Positions 26,518-40,246 of a stretch of 64,000 bases of DNA are shown here, in pieces. Every line of letters begins with the position of its first letter. The stretch's first letter is position 1. The stretch comes from Candidatus Thiocaldithrix dubininis (GTDB lineage: Bacteria > Pseudomonadota > Gammaproteobacteria > Thiotrichales > Thiotrichaceae). Below the pieces are notes generated by a model. It ran no database searches. It saw nothing but the letters and a program-made list of their open reading frames with translations, and was not told where the DNA came from. The stretch covers positions 2,351,991-2,415,990 of the forward strand of contig CP124755.1 of NCBI GenBank assembly GCA_029972135.1. Reading direction: 5' to 3'. Made by a program: the position numbers and the translations under genes.

Positions 26518-27189
26518 ATGCGTTATCAGCTTGTACAAACGCCGGAACGCTTGGAATTACACGATACGCTTGATCCGAAAATGGGTGCAGTGTACGTGGA
26601 TTTTGTGGATGGTAAAGCCCGCCACCGTCGCCAGTTTGGCGGTGGCAAAGGGCAAGACATCGCCAAAGCCATTGGTTTGCATAAATTTAAACATCCGCAT
26701 GTGATTGATGCGACGGCGGGCTTAGGACGTGAAGCCTTCGTGTTAGCCTCGCTAGGTTGCCATGTGACCTTATTGGAACGCTCACCTATCGTACACGCCT
26801 TATTAGCCGATGGCTTACAACGGGCGGCGCAGAGCTCTGAACCTGAATTACAAGCTATTATTGCGCGTATGCAATTGCAGCATATTAGCGCCCACGATTG
26901 GTTAAGCCAATTAATGCCCGCACACTATCCCGATGTCATTTATCTAGATCCGATGTTCCCAGAACGCCAAAAATCCGCATTAGTGCAAAAGGAAATGCGT
27001 TTTTTTCATGAAGTGGTAGGCGATGATCCTGATAGCGCCAGTTTATTACCACTGGCACAAACTCGCTGTCTACAACGGGTAGTCGTCAAACGCCCCCAAT
27101 CTGCCCCCCATTTAACCGCATCAAAACCTGCCTTTATCATTGCAGGCAAAGCCATTCGTTATGATGTTTATTTAAAAGCCAGTGCCTAA
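26518..27189 (+). CDS. rsmJ: 16S rRNA (guanine1516-N2)-methyltransferase RsmJ
   Basis: 223 aa with VIDATAGLGREAFVLASLGCHVTLLERSP and YLDPMFP. Confidence 0.8.
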   Translation: MRYQLVQTPERLELHDTLDPKMGAVYVDFVDGKARHRRQFGGGKGQDIAKAIGLHKFKHPHVIDATAGLGREAFVLASLGCHVTLLERSPIVHALLADGLQRAAQSSEPELQAIIARMQLQHISAHDWLSQLMPAHYPDVIYLDPMFPERQKSALVQKEMRFFHEVVGDDPDSASLLPLAQTRCLQRVVVKRPQSAPHLTASKPAFIIAGKAIRYDVYLKASA

Positions 27190-27398
27190 CACCGCGTCAT
27201 TAATTTTCCCAAACTAGTCATTTTTTAGGCAATTGCTAGTTTTTTAAGGTAGCTATTGAACCAGCTAATCTTAAATCTCTACTACTGCTTATGGTAAGTG
27301 TCTAATTATCTGAAAATCCAGCTATTTGGGTAGAATTTAACTAATTTCTTTATTTAAGCCCGTATTTAATTGGTCTAAGCTGGTACAACGTAAAGCGA

Positions 27399-28259
27399 GT
27401 GTTGCCCCACATGGTTTATGTACCATTTAAATTCTTTTCCAAAAATATACAAGGTCGCGATTTTGTAGTGGGCGATATTCACGGCTGTTTTTCTGCATTA
27501 GAAAATTTATTAACACAGGTTAATTTTAATCCAGAATATGACCGTGTATTTTCTGTTGGGGACTTAATTGATCGCGGTAGCGAATCGCATCGCGTTATAG
27601 AATTTCTCAATTACCCGTGGTTTTTTGCGATTTCTGGCAACCATGAACGCATGCTATTAGAAGCAGGTGCAAGTGCTGCCTTGAAAGCTAATTGGATGGA
27701 TTATAATGGGGGAGCTTGGTGGGCAAACGTACCTGAAACCTTACAACCGCGTATTCGGCAAGTGCTCGCACAATTACCTTTAGTCATAGAAATTGCCACG
27801 GATATAGGCAAAGTAGGTATTGTACATGCTGATATTCCAACAGGCATGCCTTGGTCTTATTTTATACAACAAATCGCACACGAAACGGAAATCGTAGAAT
27901 ATGCCTTATGGTCACGTCATCGTTTTAAACATTTACAAACCACGGGGCGCACCGTTCCGGTCAGCGGTATTGATTTAGTCATTTTTGGGCATACACCTGT
28001 GCAGCGTGTGTTACAAACTGCGAATATTTATTATGTTGATACAGGTGCAGCTTTTAAAGAAGATGGATTTGGTAAGCTAACACTCTTACAGATCCAACCT
28101 GAATTAAAAATTCATCAAATCGACAATAATCAAACTGCTGAACTACATCATCCCACTGAAAGAAGCACGAGTGGGGAACATAGTAGCAATACGGCTCGCC
28201 ATCGTATCTTGTCGTTTCGATACTTCACGAATCTCTGGTCGATTAATAAAGCTCGCTAA
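27399..28259 (+). CDS. PPP-family serine/threonine phosphatase (metallophosphoesterase)
   Basis: Contains GDIHG, GDLIDRG and GNHE motifs. The start is uncertain (GTG 27399 or ATG 27411). The 3' tail overlaps convergent iscR. Confidence 0.8.
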   Translation: MLPHMVYVPFKFFSKNIQGRDFVVGDIHGCFSALENLLTQVNFNPEYDRVFSVGDLIDRGSESHRVIEFLNYPWFFAISGNHERMLLEAGASAALKANWMDYNGGAWWANVPETLQPRIRQVLAQLPLVIEIATDIGKVGIVHADIPTGMPWSYFIQQIAHETEIVEYALWSRHRFKHLQTTGRTVPVSGIDLVIFGHTPVQRVLQTANIYYVDTGAAFKEDGFGKLTLLQIQPELKIHQIDNNQTAELHHPTERSTSGEHSSNTARHRILSFRYFTNLWSINKAR

Positions 28260-28634
28260 AGTTAAATCGTCCAAAAATTCATACAAGCGATTACTTAAAT
28301 CTTCCCATAATTGATGAGTCAGGCATTTATCACCACCGTGACAATCTTTATTGCCTAAACAACGGGTCACATCAATATTTTCATCAACTGCTGTAATAAT
28401 TTCTGCAATACTGATTTGACTTGCCGGTTTGCCCAACCGATAGCCACCACCAGGACCGCGTACCCCTTCCACTAACCCTTGTTGACGCAAGCGCGAAAAC
28501 AATTGTTCTAGGTATGAAAGAGAAATACCTTGACAATTAGAAATATCAGATAAGGTCACAGGACCTTGGTGGTCATGAATCGCCAAATCTAACATGGCAG
28601 TTACTGCGTAACGTCCTTTTGTCGATAATTTCAT
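28143..28634 (-). CDS. iscR: Rrf2-family Fe-S regulator IscR
   Basis: Starts at [18 protein letters not shown]. It has the C-x5-C-x5-C-x2-H ligand pattern ([16 protein letters not shown]). The ORF-track N-terminal extension was trimmed. Confidence 0.85.
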   Translation of the reverse strand: MKLSTKGRYAVTAMLDLAIHDHQGPVTLSDISNCQGISLSYLEQLFSRLRQQGLVEGVRGPGGGYRLGKPASQISIAEIITAVDENIDVTRCLGNKDCHGGDKCLTHQLWEDLSNRLYEFLDDLTLASFINRPEIREVSKRQDTMASRIATMFPTRASFSGMM

Positions 28635-28725
28635 AGAAGCCTCCGAGCTAGGTTTAACACTAATCCCTACTAAAACAGTAGGTAGCTTAGTAAAACCTAG
28701 TAATATAGTCAAGAATTTTTCAATG

Positions 28726-29172
28726 TTAAAATTTATGTCCCTGTATTTGTAAATATTTGATCCATTTATATAAAAAGCGGTTCATACGCCAACGACAATG
28801 CAGCATACGATCAACGGGTATATTGTTGTATTTTAGAAAATCCTCGCTAATGCGGCAGCGGTGACTAATAACCTCTGCTTGACGTGCGTCATGATAAATA
28901 CGAATTCGCATATCAGGACGAGTCTCTTGGGAATGTAGACCCTCCTGAAAAATATAGGTTAATTGCACACTTGTTGTGTGTTTACTTGATTCTTCAACCA
29001 TTAATTGCAAGGGTAATAAGTTGCCTTTACGCGATATTTTTAAGGGTTCAAGCGTTTGAAAATCACCACATAACAACCGCAATTGAATGTAGTTATTCTC
29101 ATAAAGCTCCATTAAAGCACCAAAGGATTTTGGGCTAGGAGGGACGAGTAACGGTTGTTCTTTAATTAACAT
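28726..29172 (-). CDS. DUF1249 (YqiB-like) protein
   Basis: [14 protein letters not shown]... resembles the DUF1249 N-terminus. The start was chosen at MLIKEQ and is uncertain. Confidence 0.55.
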   Translation of the reverse strand: MLIKEQPLLVPPSPKSFGALMELYENNYIQLRLLCGDFQTLEPLKISRKGNLLPLQLMVEESSKHTTSVQLTYIFQEGLHSQETRPDMRIRIYHDARQAEVISHRCRISEDFLKYNNIPVDRMLHCRWRMNRFLYKWIKYLQIQGHKF

Positions 29173-29207
29173 AAATCCATAATTAGGTAGGTGGCTTGCA
29201 GGCTTAA

Positions 29208-30905
<1,698 letters not shown>

Positions 30906-31027
30906 GCTCACGCGTTTCAATTTGCCTTAAAAATAAGCGTATTCTGTTGCGGGTGCGCTTGTTTTTTCTGAGCCTATCCCCATTGTTAATAGCATTTCAT
31001 TATTAGAATTCGAGGTTGCAAGGTTTT

Positions 31028-31900
31028 ATGGCTGATTCACCCTATGTATTTGATGTTACCCCGCAGAATTTTCAGCAGTATGTATTAGAAAATTCGCGGC
31101 ATGCGCCCGTTTTAGTGGATTTTTGGGCAGACTGGTGTCAACCCTGTAAAACCTTAATGCCAATGCTGGCAAAATTAGCCGATGAATACCAAGGTGGATT
31201 TTTATTAGCCAAGGTTAATACCGAGCAACAGCCGCAATTGGCCCAGCATTTTCAAGTGCGTAGCATTCCAACCGTTAAAATTTTTAAAAACGGGCAGATT
31301 GTCGATGAATTTTCCGGTGCATTACCCGAAGCCGAATTACGCAAAATTATTAATAAACATCGCACGCGCCGCACAGAACCGTATCGTCAACAAGCCTTAA
31401 TGCTCAGTGAGCAAGGCGATAACGACGCAGCAATTAATATTTTGCAACAAGTATTGCAGCATGAACCGGACTTCTACGAAGCTGCTTTAGATTTAGCCAG
31501 TTTATTAGTGGTACAGGGAGAAGGCGAAGCAGCCGAAACCGTTTTAAAATCTATTCCTGCTGACGCCAATGTGGATCAAGATTCATTAAAACAATTATTA
31601 GCTGAAGCCAAAAAGTTAAAATTGAAAGCACAAGTGGGTGATGTTGATACTTCCGCCTTAGAACAGCGTATTGCAGCAAACCCAGATGATTTAGCAGCCA
31701 AATTGGAGTTAGCAAAATTAAAAGTCGCTAACGATCAGATTGAAGAAGGCTTAGATTTATATTTCCAAGTCCATCAAAAAGATAGCAACTTCCAAGACGG
31801 CGCGGGTAAAAAAGGCTTATTTGCCACGTTTGAACTGTTAGGTTCTGGTCATCCTTTAGTCAAACGCTACCGCAATAAACTGTTTTCTATGCTGTATTAA
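31028..31900 (+). CDS. thioredoxin-domain/TPR co-chaperone (YbbN/CnoX-like) with an intact CxxC
   Basis: An N-terminal thioredoxin fold with WCQPC is followed by a helical TPR-like C-terminus. ATG at 31028 was preferred over TTG at 31016. Confidence 0.8.
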   Translation: MADSPYVFDVTPQNFQQYVLENSRHAPVLVDFWADWCQPCKTLMPMLAKLADEYQGGFLLAKVNTEQQPQLAQHFQVRSIPTVKIFKNGQIVDEFSGALPEAELRKIINKHRTRRTEPYRQQALMLSEQGDNDAAINILQQVLQHEPDFYEAALDLASLLVVQGEGEAAETVLKSIPADANVDQDSLKQLLAEAKKLKLKAQVGDVDTSALEQRIAANPDDLAAKLELAKLKVANDQIEEGLDLYFQVHQKDSNFQDGAGKKGLFATFELLGSGHPLVKRYRNKLFSMLY

Positions 31901-31937
31901 TTTCACTCCATTAGGCTTTGATACCTCGTATCAGAGC

Positions 31938-33836
31938 CTAATCGGCAACCATTGCCGTTTCGTACTGTTCGGAAACCTCTAGCCAAGCCATTTCTACACC
32001 TTCTAATTGATTGTCTAAAGTGGTTTTATCAGCTAATAACTGTTTAAGCCTATTTTTGTTTGCGTCAGTATAAATATCCGGTTCAGCCAGTTGCGCTTCC
32101 AGCTTAGCTTTTTGTTGATTGAGTTGATTCAGCTCTTTTTCTAGCTTGTCCAATTTATTCTTAAGCGGTTGTAAACGCTTACGTTTTTCGGCTGATTCAC
32201 GGCGCTGATCTTTACGACCCGCTGCACTATGCGCGGCTAAGGGTTCATCAGCGGCTTTACTGGCAGCTTCTTCAGCTTTAAAACGGGTTTGCAGCCAGCT
32301 TGCATAATCGTCTAAATCGCCTTCAAACTCGCTAACCTTACCGCTATCCACCAACAATAATTTATCCGTAACGGTTTTTAGCAAATGCCGGTCATGCGAG
32401 ACAATCACCATTGCCCCCGCAAAATCTTGTAAGGCCATGCTTAACGCCAAACGCATATCCAAATCTAAATGGTTGGTCGGTTCGTCTAATAGCAATAAGT
32501 TAGGACGTTGGTAAATCAATAAAGCTAACGCGAGCCGGGCTTTTTCCCCCCCGGAAAATGGCGCGACGGGGGTATCAACACGTTCGCCTTGAAAGGCAAA
32601 GCCACCCAGGAAATTACGCAAATCTTGTTCACGCGCTTGTTTATCTAATTCGCGTAAATGCGCCAATGGCGACTGCTCAGGCTTTAATTGTTCCAGTTGA
32701 TGTTGCGCAAAATAGCCTAACTTTAAGTCCTGTGCTTGCCATGCTGTACCTTGCTGTGCCGCCAATTTACCCGCTAGAAATTTGATTAAAGTTGACTTAC
32801 CCGCGCCATTCGGACCAATTAAGCCCAGTCGTTCGCCCGGTAGGATTTGTAATTCAACCTTTTGAATAATCGTCTGTTCGCCATAACCTAAGTGCGCATC
32901 TAAAATGTGTAATAAACGATCCGGCAATTTTTCGGGATCACGAAAACTAAAATGAAACGGCGAGTCAATATGCGCAGGTGCAATCAATTCCATACGCTCT
33001 AGAGCTTTTAAACGGCTTTGCGCTTGGCGTGCTTTGGTCGCCTGCGCCCGAAACCGATCCACATATTTTTGCATGTGCTCGCGTTCGCGCTTTTGTTTTT
33101 CAAACGCGGCTTGTTGTTGGGATAATTTTTCCGCCCGTGTTAGTTCAAAAGTAGAATAATTACCCGTGTATAAGGTTAAGCGACTATGTTCAATGTGGGC
33201 AATATGCGTACAAATGGCATCTAAAAACTCGCGGTCATGCGAAATCAAAATCAGCGTACCACGGTAACTTTTCAGCCAGTCTTGTAACCAAATAACCGCA
33301 TCCAAATCCAAATGGTTGGTGGGTTCATCCAGTAACAATAAGTCAGAGCGGCACATAAGGGCTTGCGCTAAATTTAAACGCATACGCCAACCACCGGAAA
33401 AACTACTCACGGGTCGTTGAATATCGGCAGCCTTAAAGCCTAAACCATGCAATAACGTGGCTGCGCGACTTTCAGCAGTATAACCATCAATCGCATCCAA
33501 CCGCGCATGCAATTCGCCTAACTTAACCCCGTCAGCGTGTTCCAAAGCTGTTTGTAATTGCACATACTCGGCATCGCCTTCTAAGGCATAGGCTAAGGCG
33601 GTTTGCTGGCTTGAGGGCGTTTCTTGCTTAACATGCGCGATCACCCAATTAGGTGGCATGGAAAAATTGCCGGTATCCTGCCCTAATTCACCACGAATTA
33701 AGGCAAATAAGCTGGATTTACCCACACCATTCGCGCCGGTTAAGCCAACTTTTTGCCCCGGATGAATACTAAAAGAAGCAGATTCGAGCAGTGACTTAAT
33801 GCCACGGCGTAAAGAGAGTTCGGAAAATACCAACAT
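31938..33836 (-). CDS. yheS: ABC-F family ATPase YheS
   Basis: 632 aa with two ABC cassettes (GANGVGKSS, GPNGAGKST; LSGGW, FSGGEK) and a C-terminal coiled coil. It is collinear by eye with E. coli YheS. Confidence 0.88.
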   Translation of the reverse strand: MLVFSELSLRRGIKSLLESASFSIHPGQKVGLTGANGVGKSSLFALIRGELGQDTGNFSMPPNWVIAHVKQETPSSQQTALAYALEGDAEYVQLQTALEHADGVKLGELHARLDAIDGYTAESRAATLLHGLGFKAADIQRPVSSFSGGWRMRLNLAQALMCRSDLLLLDEPTNHLDLDAVIWLQDWLKSYRGTLILISHDREFLDAICTHIAHIEHSRLTLYTGNYSTFELTRAEKLSQQQAAFEKQKREREHMQKYVDRFRAQATKARQAQSRLKALERMELIAPAHIDSPFHFSFRDPEKLPDRLLHILDAHLGYGEQTIIQKVELQILPGERLGLIGPNGAGKSTLIKFLAGKLAAQQGTAWQAQDLKLGYFAQHQLEQLKPEQSPLAHLRELDKQAREQDLRNFLGGFAFQGERVDTPVAPFSGGEKARLALALLIYQRPNLLLLDEPTNHLDLDMRLALSMALQDFAGAMVIVSHDRHLLKTVTDKLLLVDSGKVSEFEGDLDDYASWLQTRFKAEEAASKAADEPLAAHSAAGRKDQRRESAEKRKRLQPLKNKLDKLEKELNQLNQQKAKLEAQLAEPDIYTDANKNRLKQLLADKTTLDNQLEGVEMAWLEVSEQYETAMVAD

Positions 33837-33841
33837 AAGAT

Positions 33842-34744
33842 TTAATACGCTAACAGCCGTTTAGCTAACAGTAAATGGTGCTGGATTGTACCTAAACCAA
33901 TAAAGGTTTGCGTAGGAGAATATAAGCGTAGCAGTTCGCTATCGGCTAAATCGACTTTAATGCGTTGTCCTTGCTGCAAACGCGCTACCCATTCTTCGCT
34001 CAAGTCTAAGCGCGGCAAGTGTGGCAAAGCGGCATCAATTGGCAACAATAGGTGGTCTAAATCAGTAGCGGCTTGGCTGGCTACTTCACGCAGAGATTGC
34101 AGGCTGTACATAGTTTGTTCTGCAAATGGATCAACCGAGACGCGGTGTAAACGTGATACATAAGCACCACAGCCTAAAGCTTCGCCAATATCTTCAACCA
34201 GTGTGCGAATATACGTGCCTTTGCTACACACCACATCCAATTGCAGGCTATTTTCGCTAAAACCTAGTAACTGTAATTGGTAAATCGTCACTTGCCGGGG
34301 CTTGCGTTCGACTTCCAGCCCTTGCCGCGCTAATTTATACAAAGGTTGCCCGTCTTTTTTCAAGGCGGAATACATGGGTGGAATTTGTTGAATGCTGCCA
34401 CGAAAACGGCTTAATACGGATTCAAGGAAGGCAGAGCTTAAAGCAGGAATGGCACGCGCCTTCAGCTTTTCACCTTCTTCATCACCCGTGGTAGAAATAA
34501 AACCTAAAGTCGCGGTGGTTTGATAACGTTTACTAGAATCCAATAATAGACCGGAAACTTTGGTCGCTTCACCAAAGCAAATGGGCAACATGCCAGACGC
34601 CAATGGGTCAAGGCTGCCGGTATGCCCGGCTTTTTCAGCTTGGTAGAGAAAACGCGCATCTTGTAAGGCTTTATTGCTGGAAACACCTAAAGCCTTATCC
34701 AGCAATAAAATACCATTTAATTTACGAAAGCTACGCCGTGCCAA
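33842..34744 (-). CDS. truB: tRNA pseudouridine(55) synthase
   Basis: 300 aa with GILLLDKALGVSSN and GHTGSLDPLASGMLPICFGEATK. Confidence 0.95.
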   Translation of the reverse strand: MARRSFRKLNGILLLDKALGVSSNKALQDARFLYQAEKAGHTGSLDPLASGMLPICFGEATKVSGLLLDSSKRYQTTATLGFISTTGDEEGEKLKARAIPALSSAFLESVLSRFRGSIQQIPPMYSALKKDGQPLYKLARQGLEVERKPRQVTIYQLQLLGFSENSLQLDVVCSKGTYIRTLVEDIGEALGCGAYVSRLHRVSVDPFAEQTMYSLQSLREVASQAATDLDHLLLPIDAALPHLPRLDLSEEWVARLQQGQRIKVDLADSELLRLYSPTQTFIGLGTIQHHLLLAKRLLAY

Positions 34745-34750
34745 CAGTAT

Positions 34751-35152
34751 TTACTCGTCGCGTTCGCTAGGCTGTTCTGAGTCAGCCGCTCTATCGGAAG
34801 CAACTGCTTTATTAATTAAAGCGTCTAAAGCATCGCCTTTGGCTTGCGTATCATCATAGAAAAACTGCAATTGTGGGGTAACCCGCAGCTTCATGACTTT
34901 GCCAAGTTCATGCCGTAGAAAACCCGCTGCATGATTCAAGGCTTCCTGAGCCGGTAGTCCCTGCTCAGGATTCAATACATCAAACCACACTTTTGCGTGC
35001 GATAAGTCTTTAGAAACATCCACGTCAAGAATGGTAATAAAGGTTACGCGTGGATCTTTCACCCGTTCGCGCACCAATACCGCTAATTCGCGCTGAATTT
35101 GCTCGCCCACTCGATCTGTACGGGCATAACCCCGTGGAGAATGATGTGCCAT
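34751..35152 (-). CDS. rbfA: ribosome-binding factor A
   Basis: 133 aa. Contains RVGEQIQRELAVLV and lies in infB-rbfA-truB synteny. Confidence 0.93.
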   Translation of the reverse strand: MAHHSPRGYARTDRVGEQIQRELAVLVRERVKDPRVTFITILDVDVSKDLSHAKVWFDVLNPEQGLPAQEALNHAAGFLRHELGKVMKLRVTPQLQFFYDDTQAKGDALDALINKAVASDRAADSEQPSERDE

Positions 35153-35153
35153 T

Positions 35154-38100
35154 TTAAATTTTCCGAGCTACTTCGACACGGTCATAACATTCAATTTGGT
35201 CGCCCACTTGTACGTCATTGTAGTCTTTAACCGCAATACCACATTCCGTACCCATGTGAACTTCTTTCACGTCATCACGGTGACGACGTAAGGATTCTAA
35301 TTCACCTTGGTAAATCACCACATTGTTACGTAATACACGGATGGGTAAGCCACGACGTACTGTACCGTCGACCACCAAACAGCCTGCCACTTGACCAAAA
35401 CCAGAAGAACGGAATACGTTGCGTACTTCTGCTAAGCCGACAAAGACTTCACGTACTTCTGGTGACAACAAGCCACTCATGGCTTCTTTCACATCATTTA
35501 CAACATCATAGATAATGCTGTAGTAACGAATTTCGACATTATTATCAGAAGCGGTTTTACGAGCAGTCGCATCAGCGCGCACGTTAAAGGCAACAATGAC
35601 AGCTTTAGCGGCAGCCGCTAAATCAACATCCCCGCCATTAATACCACCCACACCCGCCGCCACAATACGCACTTCTACTTCATCCGTAGACAGCTTTAAT
35701 AACTCGCTGCGAATGGCTTCCACACTGCCTTGAACATCAGCTTTAACCAGTAAATTAACCTGTGCACGCGCACCAGCTTGCATTTGGCTAAAGATATTAT
35801 CCAATTTAGCGCTACTTTGTGCGGCAAAGCGGTTATCCCGTACTTTCTCACGACGTAATTCGGCGATTTCTTTCGCCTTACGCTCGTCATTCAATACGAC
35901 TACTTCATCACCCGCTTCCGGTGCAGCCGATAAACCGACGACTGCGACAGGAATAGAAGGACCTGCTTCTTTAACCGGACGACCGTTTTCATCAAACATG
36001 GCACGCACACGACCGTATTCCGCACCACAAAGAATCAAGTCACCACGGTTTAATGTACCGCTACGAACTAAAATAGTCGCAACCGCACCGCGCCCTTTTT
36101 CAATACTGGCTTCAATGACGTTGCCTTGGGCTGGCGCTTCTACAGGTGCAGTCAGTTCTTGTACTTCTGCAACCAATAATAACGTTTCAAGTAAATCATC
36201 AATACCTTGACCTGTTTTAGCAGAGACTTGCACTACCGGTACATCGCCCCCCCACGCTTCGGTATTCACCCCGTTCTGTGAGAGTTCACTTAATACACGG
36301 TCAGGATCAGCCGCTGGCTTATCAATCTTATTGATTGCCACCACCATCGGTACGCCCGCCGCTTTCGCATGCTGAATGGCTTCTTTGGTTTGTGGCATTA
36401 CCCCATCGTCGGCGGCAACAATCAAAATCACGATGTCCGTTACTTGAGCACCACGCGCCCGCATTTTGGTAAATGCCGCATGTCCCGGTGTATCCAAGAA
36501 GGTAACCGTACCGTGATCCGTATCCACATGGTATGCACCAATATGCTGGGTAATCCCGCCTGCTTCGCCTGCGGCTACCCGTGTTTTACGGATATAGTCC
36601 AACAAAGACGTTTTACCGTGGTCAACGTGACCCATAATGGTTACAACAGGTGGACGTGCCTCAACCGCATATTCTTCTTGACCCATAATCGACGCCAATA
36701 AAGTAGCGTCGTCCATTTCTTGCATAGGCTTAGCTTTGTGACCCAACTCTTCCGTTACCAAAATAGCGGTATCTTGGTCGATAGTTTGGTTAATAGTCAC
36801 CATCATGCCCATTTTCATCATAGCTTTAATGATGTCAGTAGCACGAATTGCTAATTTTTGCGCCAAGTCGGAAACAACGATATTTGCTGGAATTTCAACG
36901 TCTTTAACTACCGGTGCAGTTGGCTTTTCAAAGGCATGTTTAGCCGCAACCGCATTACGTGGATCAGGTCTAGCGGATTGTTTTCCGCCTTTTTTCTTGA
37001 AGTTTTTATTGCCGGGCGAGTGCATATCGTCACGTTCACCGCCACTTTTACCGCCTTTAGCGGGTTTTTTAGCTAATTTTTTCTCAGCAATACGTTCATT
37101 AGGATCAAACTCCTCTTGCGCATTGCGACCTGCTGTTTTCGCTGGTTTCGCAGCAACCGCAGGTTTTTCTGGCTCTGCACTTGTCTCTGGCGTGGGTGCT
37201 GCAACTGGTTCAGCTTTTGCAACAGCAGCTACAGGTTCAGGCACAGGCGCGGGCGCAGGCTTAGGTGGGATTTTTAACTTAGAAGGACGACGTTTTAAGG
37301 CAGCAGCAGCGGCTTCTTTAGCAGCAGCGGCAACTACTTCACGTTGCTCTCTAGCACTTAAGGGTTCACGTTCAGCTTCAGTTGACACGGGTTCTGAAAC
37401 TGCTGCTGGCACTACTTTTGGCGCAGAAGTTGAAGAGGAGGCTGGCGTATTCGTAACTTGTTCCTTCACAACAGGTGTGGGTGTTGGCTCAACCACTGGC
37501 TTGGTGGCTGCTGTTTCCTGAGAGACAACGACCGCTTCATTATTAGGGGCAGCCGTAGTTGCTTCTTGTGCAGCCGTTACTACTGGCGCAGGCACTGCTT
37601 GCACGTCAACGTCTGCGACTTCTACTATAGGTGCTAAATCATTAATCGTTGCAGTCGGCGTGCTAGCGTCTTTTACCTCAGCCAACTTAGGCGTCGTTGC
37701 TGCTGGGCGTACCACTGCGCCTTTCTGACGCTGCTGCTCAATACGACGTGCTTCAATTTGACGACGTTCTTGTTCAGCCTTAGCAATCGCTTCCTCACGG
37801 GTACGACGCTGCGCTTCCATTTGTTTAGCCATTTCCTCAGCTCGATTAGCATTCGAGCTATGCTGACCCTGCGATTGCCCACCAGTAGGTGGGGTAAAAC
37901 TTTTTTTACGACGCACTTCGACACTAACCGTTGTTTTACCGCGACCTTGTGGATTACCCACCGTCATTTCGCTAGTAGAACGCTTAGTTATGGTAATTTT
38001 ATTGGCATTGTTACCACCAGCATTATTATTACCGCCTTGGCGCATATGCGCTAATAACGCTAATTTTTGTGCGTCAGTAATGCTGGCATCCGGCCCGGAT

Positions 38101-38192
38101 ACGGGAATACCCGCTTCCTGTAGTTGTTTCAATAGTACTTCCACAGGAGCATTGATCATCTCGGCAAGTTTTTTGACTGCGATATCTGACAT
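35154..38192 (-). CDS. infB: translation initiation factor IF-2
   Basis: 1012 aa. It has an Ala/Pro/Glu-rich N-terminal region and the GTPase domain [25 protein letters not shown]. Confidence 0.97.
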   Translation of the reverse strand: MSDIAVKKLAEMINAPVEVLLKQLQEAGIPVSGPDASITDAQKLALLAHMRQGGNNNAGGNNANKITITKRSTSEMTVGNPQGRGKTTVSVEVRRKKSFTPPTGGQSQGQHSSNANRAEEMAKQMEAQRRTREEAIAKAEQERRQIEARRIEQQRQKGAVVRPAATTPKLAEVKDASTPTATINDLAPIVEVADVDVQAVPAPVVTAAQEATTAAPNNEAVVVSQETAATKPVVEPTPTPVVKEQVTNTPASSSTSAPKVVPAAVSEPVSTEAEREPLSAREQREVVAAAAKEAAAAALKRRPSKLKIPPKPAPAPVPEPVAAVAKAEPVAAPTPETSAEPEKPAVAAKPAKTAGRNAQEEFDPNERIAEKKLAKKPAKGGKSGGERDDMHSPGNKNFKKKGGKQSARPDPRNAVAAKHAFEKPTAPVVKDVEIPANIVVSDLAQKLAIRATDIIKAMMKMGMMVTINQTIDQDTAILVTEELGHKAKPMQEMDDATLLASIMGQEEYAVEARPPVVTIMGHVDHGKTSLLDYIRKTRVAAGEAGGITQHIGAYHVDTDHGTVTFLDTPGHAAFTKMRARGAQVTDIVILIVAADDGVMPQTKEAIQHAKAAGVPMVVAINKIDKPAADPDRVLSELSQNGVNTEAWGGDVPVVQVSAKTGQGIDDLLETLLLVAEVQELTAPVEAPAQGNVIEASIEKGRGAVATILVRSGTLNRGDLILCGAEYGRVRAMFDENGRPVKEAGPSIPVAVVGLSAAPEAGDEVVVLNDERKAKEIAELRREKVRDNRFAAQSSAKLDNIFSQMQAGARAQVNLLVKADVQGSVEAIRSELLKLSTDEVEVRIVAAGVGGINGGDVDLAAAAKAVIVAFNVRADATARKTASDNNVEIRYYSIIYDVVNDVKEAMSGLLSPEVREVFVGLAEVRNVFRSSGFGQVAGCLVVDGTVRRGLPIRVLRNNVVIYQGELESLRRHRDDVKEVHMGTECGIAVKDYNDVQVGDQIECYDRVEVARKI

Positions 38193-38212
38193 TAAGAATT
38201 CTCCTGCAGAGC

Positions 38213-39706
38213 TTATTCTGCCTTATTGTCTGCAAACCACGGCGCACGAGCCGTCATTATTAACTGGGCAGCGCGTTCTTCGCTCATACCCTCTAAGTCT
38301 ATCAATTCGTCAATAGACTGCTCTGCTAAGTCATCCATCGTACAAACGCCACGCTTAGCTAAAGTATACGCTAAGGCATCATCCATACCTTCCATCGTTA
38401 ACAGATCTTTAGTGGGCACACCACCATCTTGTGAAATCGCTTGTGATAATAGCGCCGCTTGTGCCCGATTACGTAATTCGCTTACCGTATCTTGATCAAA
38501 CGCCTCAATCGCTAAAAATTCATCTTCTGGCACATAAGCTACTTCTTCTAACGTGGAGAAGCCTTCTTCAACCAACAACTGAGCGACTTCTTCATCGACA
38601 TCTAAGCGATGCATGAACATAGTAACGAGCGATTGCTGTTCTGCCTGCGTTTTCGCTTCAGCTTCTTCCACGCTCATTACATTCAGCGTCCAACCGGTTA
38701 ATTCACTGGCTAAACGTACATTCTGACCGCCTCGCCCAATCGCTTGGGACAATTTAGTACCATCAACACCAATATCCATCGTGCGGCTTTCTTCATCCAC
38801 CACAATAGATAACACTTCAGCCGGTGCCATTGCGTTCATAACATAAGTGGCAATGTCATCATTCCACAACACAATATCAACGCGCTCTTTACCACCTAAC
38901 TCATTGGTAACCGTTTGAATACGCGAACCACGCATTCCCACACATGCTCCAATCGGGTCGACATTAGGTAAGTTAGCCCGTACTGCGACTTTGGCACGCG
39001 AACCCGGGTCACGCGCAGCACCCATTATATCAATCATTTCCTGACTGACTTCTGGCACTTCCAACTTCATGAGTTCCATTAAGAAGTTAACGTCCGAGCG
39101 GCTCACAATCATTTGTGGTCCGCGTGCGTCTTGGCGAATTTCTTTTAAATAGCCACGCACCCGTGCACCATTATGCAAAATATCGCCCGGAATCATTTCT
39201 TCACGTGGAATAAACGCTTCCGCATTCTCGCCTAAATCTAAGGTAATGCCTTTACGATCCGTGCGTTTCACCATCCCCATGATGAGTTGACCGACTTTAT
39301 CACGGTAAGCCGATACAACTTTATCCCGTTCTGCTTCACGCACTTTTGCCACAATGACTTGCTTAGCTGTTTGCGCGGCAATACGTCCAAATTCGACGGA
39401 AGCAATCGGTTCTTCCAGATACTCACCAATTTCAACATCTAAGCCGCGATTTTTCGCGTAGCTAATTAAAATTTGGCGTTCTGGGCTTTCAAATTCAGGG
39501 TCTTCGTCATCCATTACTTTCCAACGACGAAACGTTTCATAATCGCCGGTTTGACGATTAACGACGACGCGTGCATCCATGCCCATGCCATAACGCTTAC
39601 GAGTAGCCATTGCTAAGGCGGTTTCAACAGCTTGGAAGATTAATTCTTTGCTAACGTTTTTCTCATTTGAAACTGCATCCACAACGTAGAGAATTTCTTT
39701 ATTCAT
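38213..39706 (-). CDS. nusA: transcription termination/antitermination factor NusA
   Basis: 497 aa with S1 and KH domains and C-terminal acidic repeats. It lies in rimP-nusA-infB synteny. Confidence 0.96.
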   Translation of the reverse strand: MNKEILYVVDAVSNEKNVSKELIFQAVETALAMATRKRYGMGMDARVVVNRQTGDYETFRRWKVMDDEDPEFESPERQILISYAKNRGLDVEIGEYLEEPIASVEFGRIAAQTAKQVIVAKVREAERDKVVSAYRDKVGQLIMGMVKRTDRKGITLDLGENAEAFIPREEMIPGDILHNGARVRGYLKEIRQDARGPQMIVSRSDVNFLMELMKLEVPEVSQEMIDIMGAARDPGSRAKVAVRANLPNVDPIGACVGMRGSRIQTVTNELGGKERVDIVLWNDDIATYVMNAMAPAEVLSIVVDEESRTMDIGVDGTKLSQAIGRGGQNVRLASELTGWTLNVMSVEEAEAKTQAEQQSLVTMFMHRLDVDEEVAQLLVEEGFSTLEEVAYVPEDEFLAIEAFDQDTVSELRNRAQAALLSQAISQDGGVPTKDLLTMEGMDDALAYTLAKRGVCTMDDLAEQSIDELIDLEGMSEERAAQLIMTARAPWFADNKAE

Positions 39707-40179
39707 TTAGTTGCCCCGCCCTTGCGTTGAGATTTCATATTAAACACCAATCGCGCACGATCAATCACATCAAACGGAATATTATAGGTATTGCCTTCCA
39801 CTAACATAACAATGTGATCGGCGTTAACCGCTTGTAATTGACCTACAAAATTGCGGCGTTTTTCGACTGGTAAGCGTGTTCTAACTTTAAGTTGTTCGCC
39901 TTGGTAACGAGCAAATTGTTCGGGTGTAAACAATACTCGATCCAAACCGGGAGATGACACTTCTAAGATGTAAGCAACTGGGATTAAATCTTCAACATCT
40001 AAAGCAGCGCCGATTTGATTACTGACAATGCCACAATCGTCTACTGAAATACCATTGGCTGAATCGATGAAAATACGTAATAAAGCGCTTTCTTGTTGTG
40101 GGCGATATTCGTAGCCCCATAACTCATAGCCTAAGCCAGTCACTGTGGTTTCAATTAAACTTTTGAGCTTTGTTTGCAT
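39703..40179 (-). CDS. rimP: ribosome maturation factor RimP
   Basis: Starts at MQTKLKSLIETTV. Contains LEVSSPGLDR. Its stop overlaps the nusA start. Confidence 0.9.
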   Translation of the reverse strand: MQTKLKSLIETTVTGLGYELWGYEYRPQQESALLRIFIDSANGISVDDCGIVSNQIGAALDVEDLIPVAYILEVSSPGLDRVLFTPEQFARYQGEQLKVRTRLPVEKRRNFVGQLQAVNADHIVMLVEGNTYNIPFDVIDRARLVFNMKSQRKGGATK

Positions 40180-40214
40180 TGTTCTCTCTGCACCTTCACC
40201 GTGCAATAGGTAAT

Positions 40215-40240
40215 AAAAAAGCCCCATAAAGGGGCTTTTT
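40215..40240 (-). terminator. rho-independent terminator/attenuator between metY and rimP
   Basis: aaaaaa-gcccc-ataaa-ggggc-ttttt. Confidence 0.7.
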
Positions 40241-40246
40241 AGTATT

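Noticed and set aside
31913-31939. Hairpin between the thioredoxin-like gene and yheS, considered as a terminator
   Set aside because: It has a 12-bp stem with one G-U pair but no U-tract on either side, and it overlaps the yheS stop codon. This is too weak to list as a feature.
36805-37521. 238-aa plus-strand ORF antisense to infB, together with other antisense ORFs in infB
   Set aside because: It is a shadow ORF of the Ala/Pro-rich repetitive N-terminal region of IF-2. The translation is low-complexity and lies entirely inside a well-supported gene.
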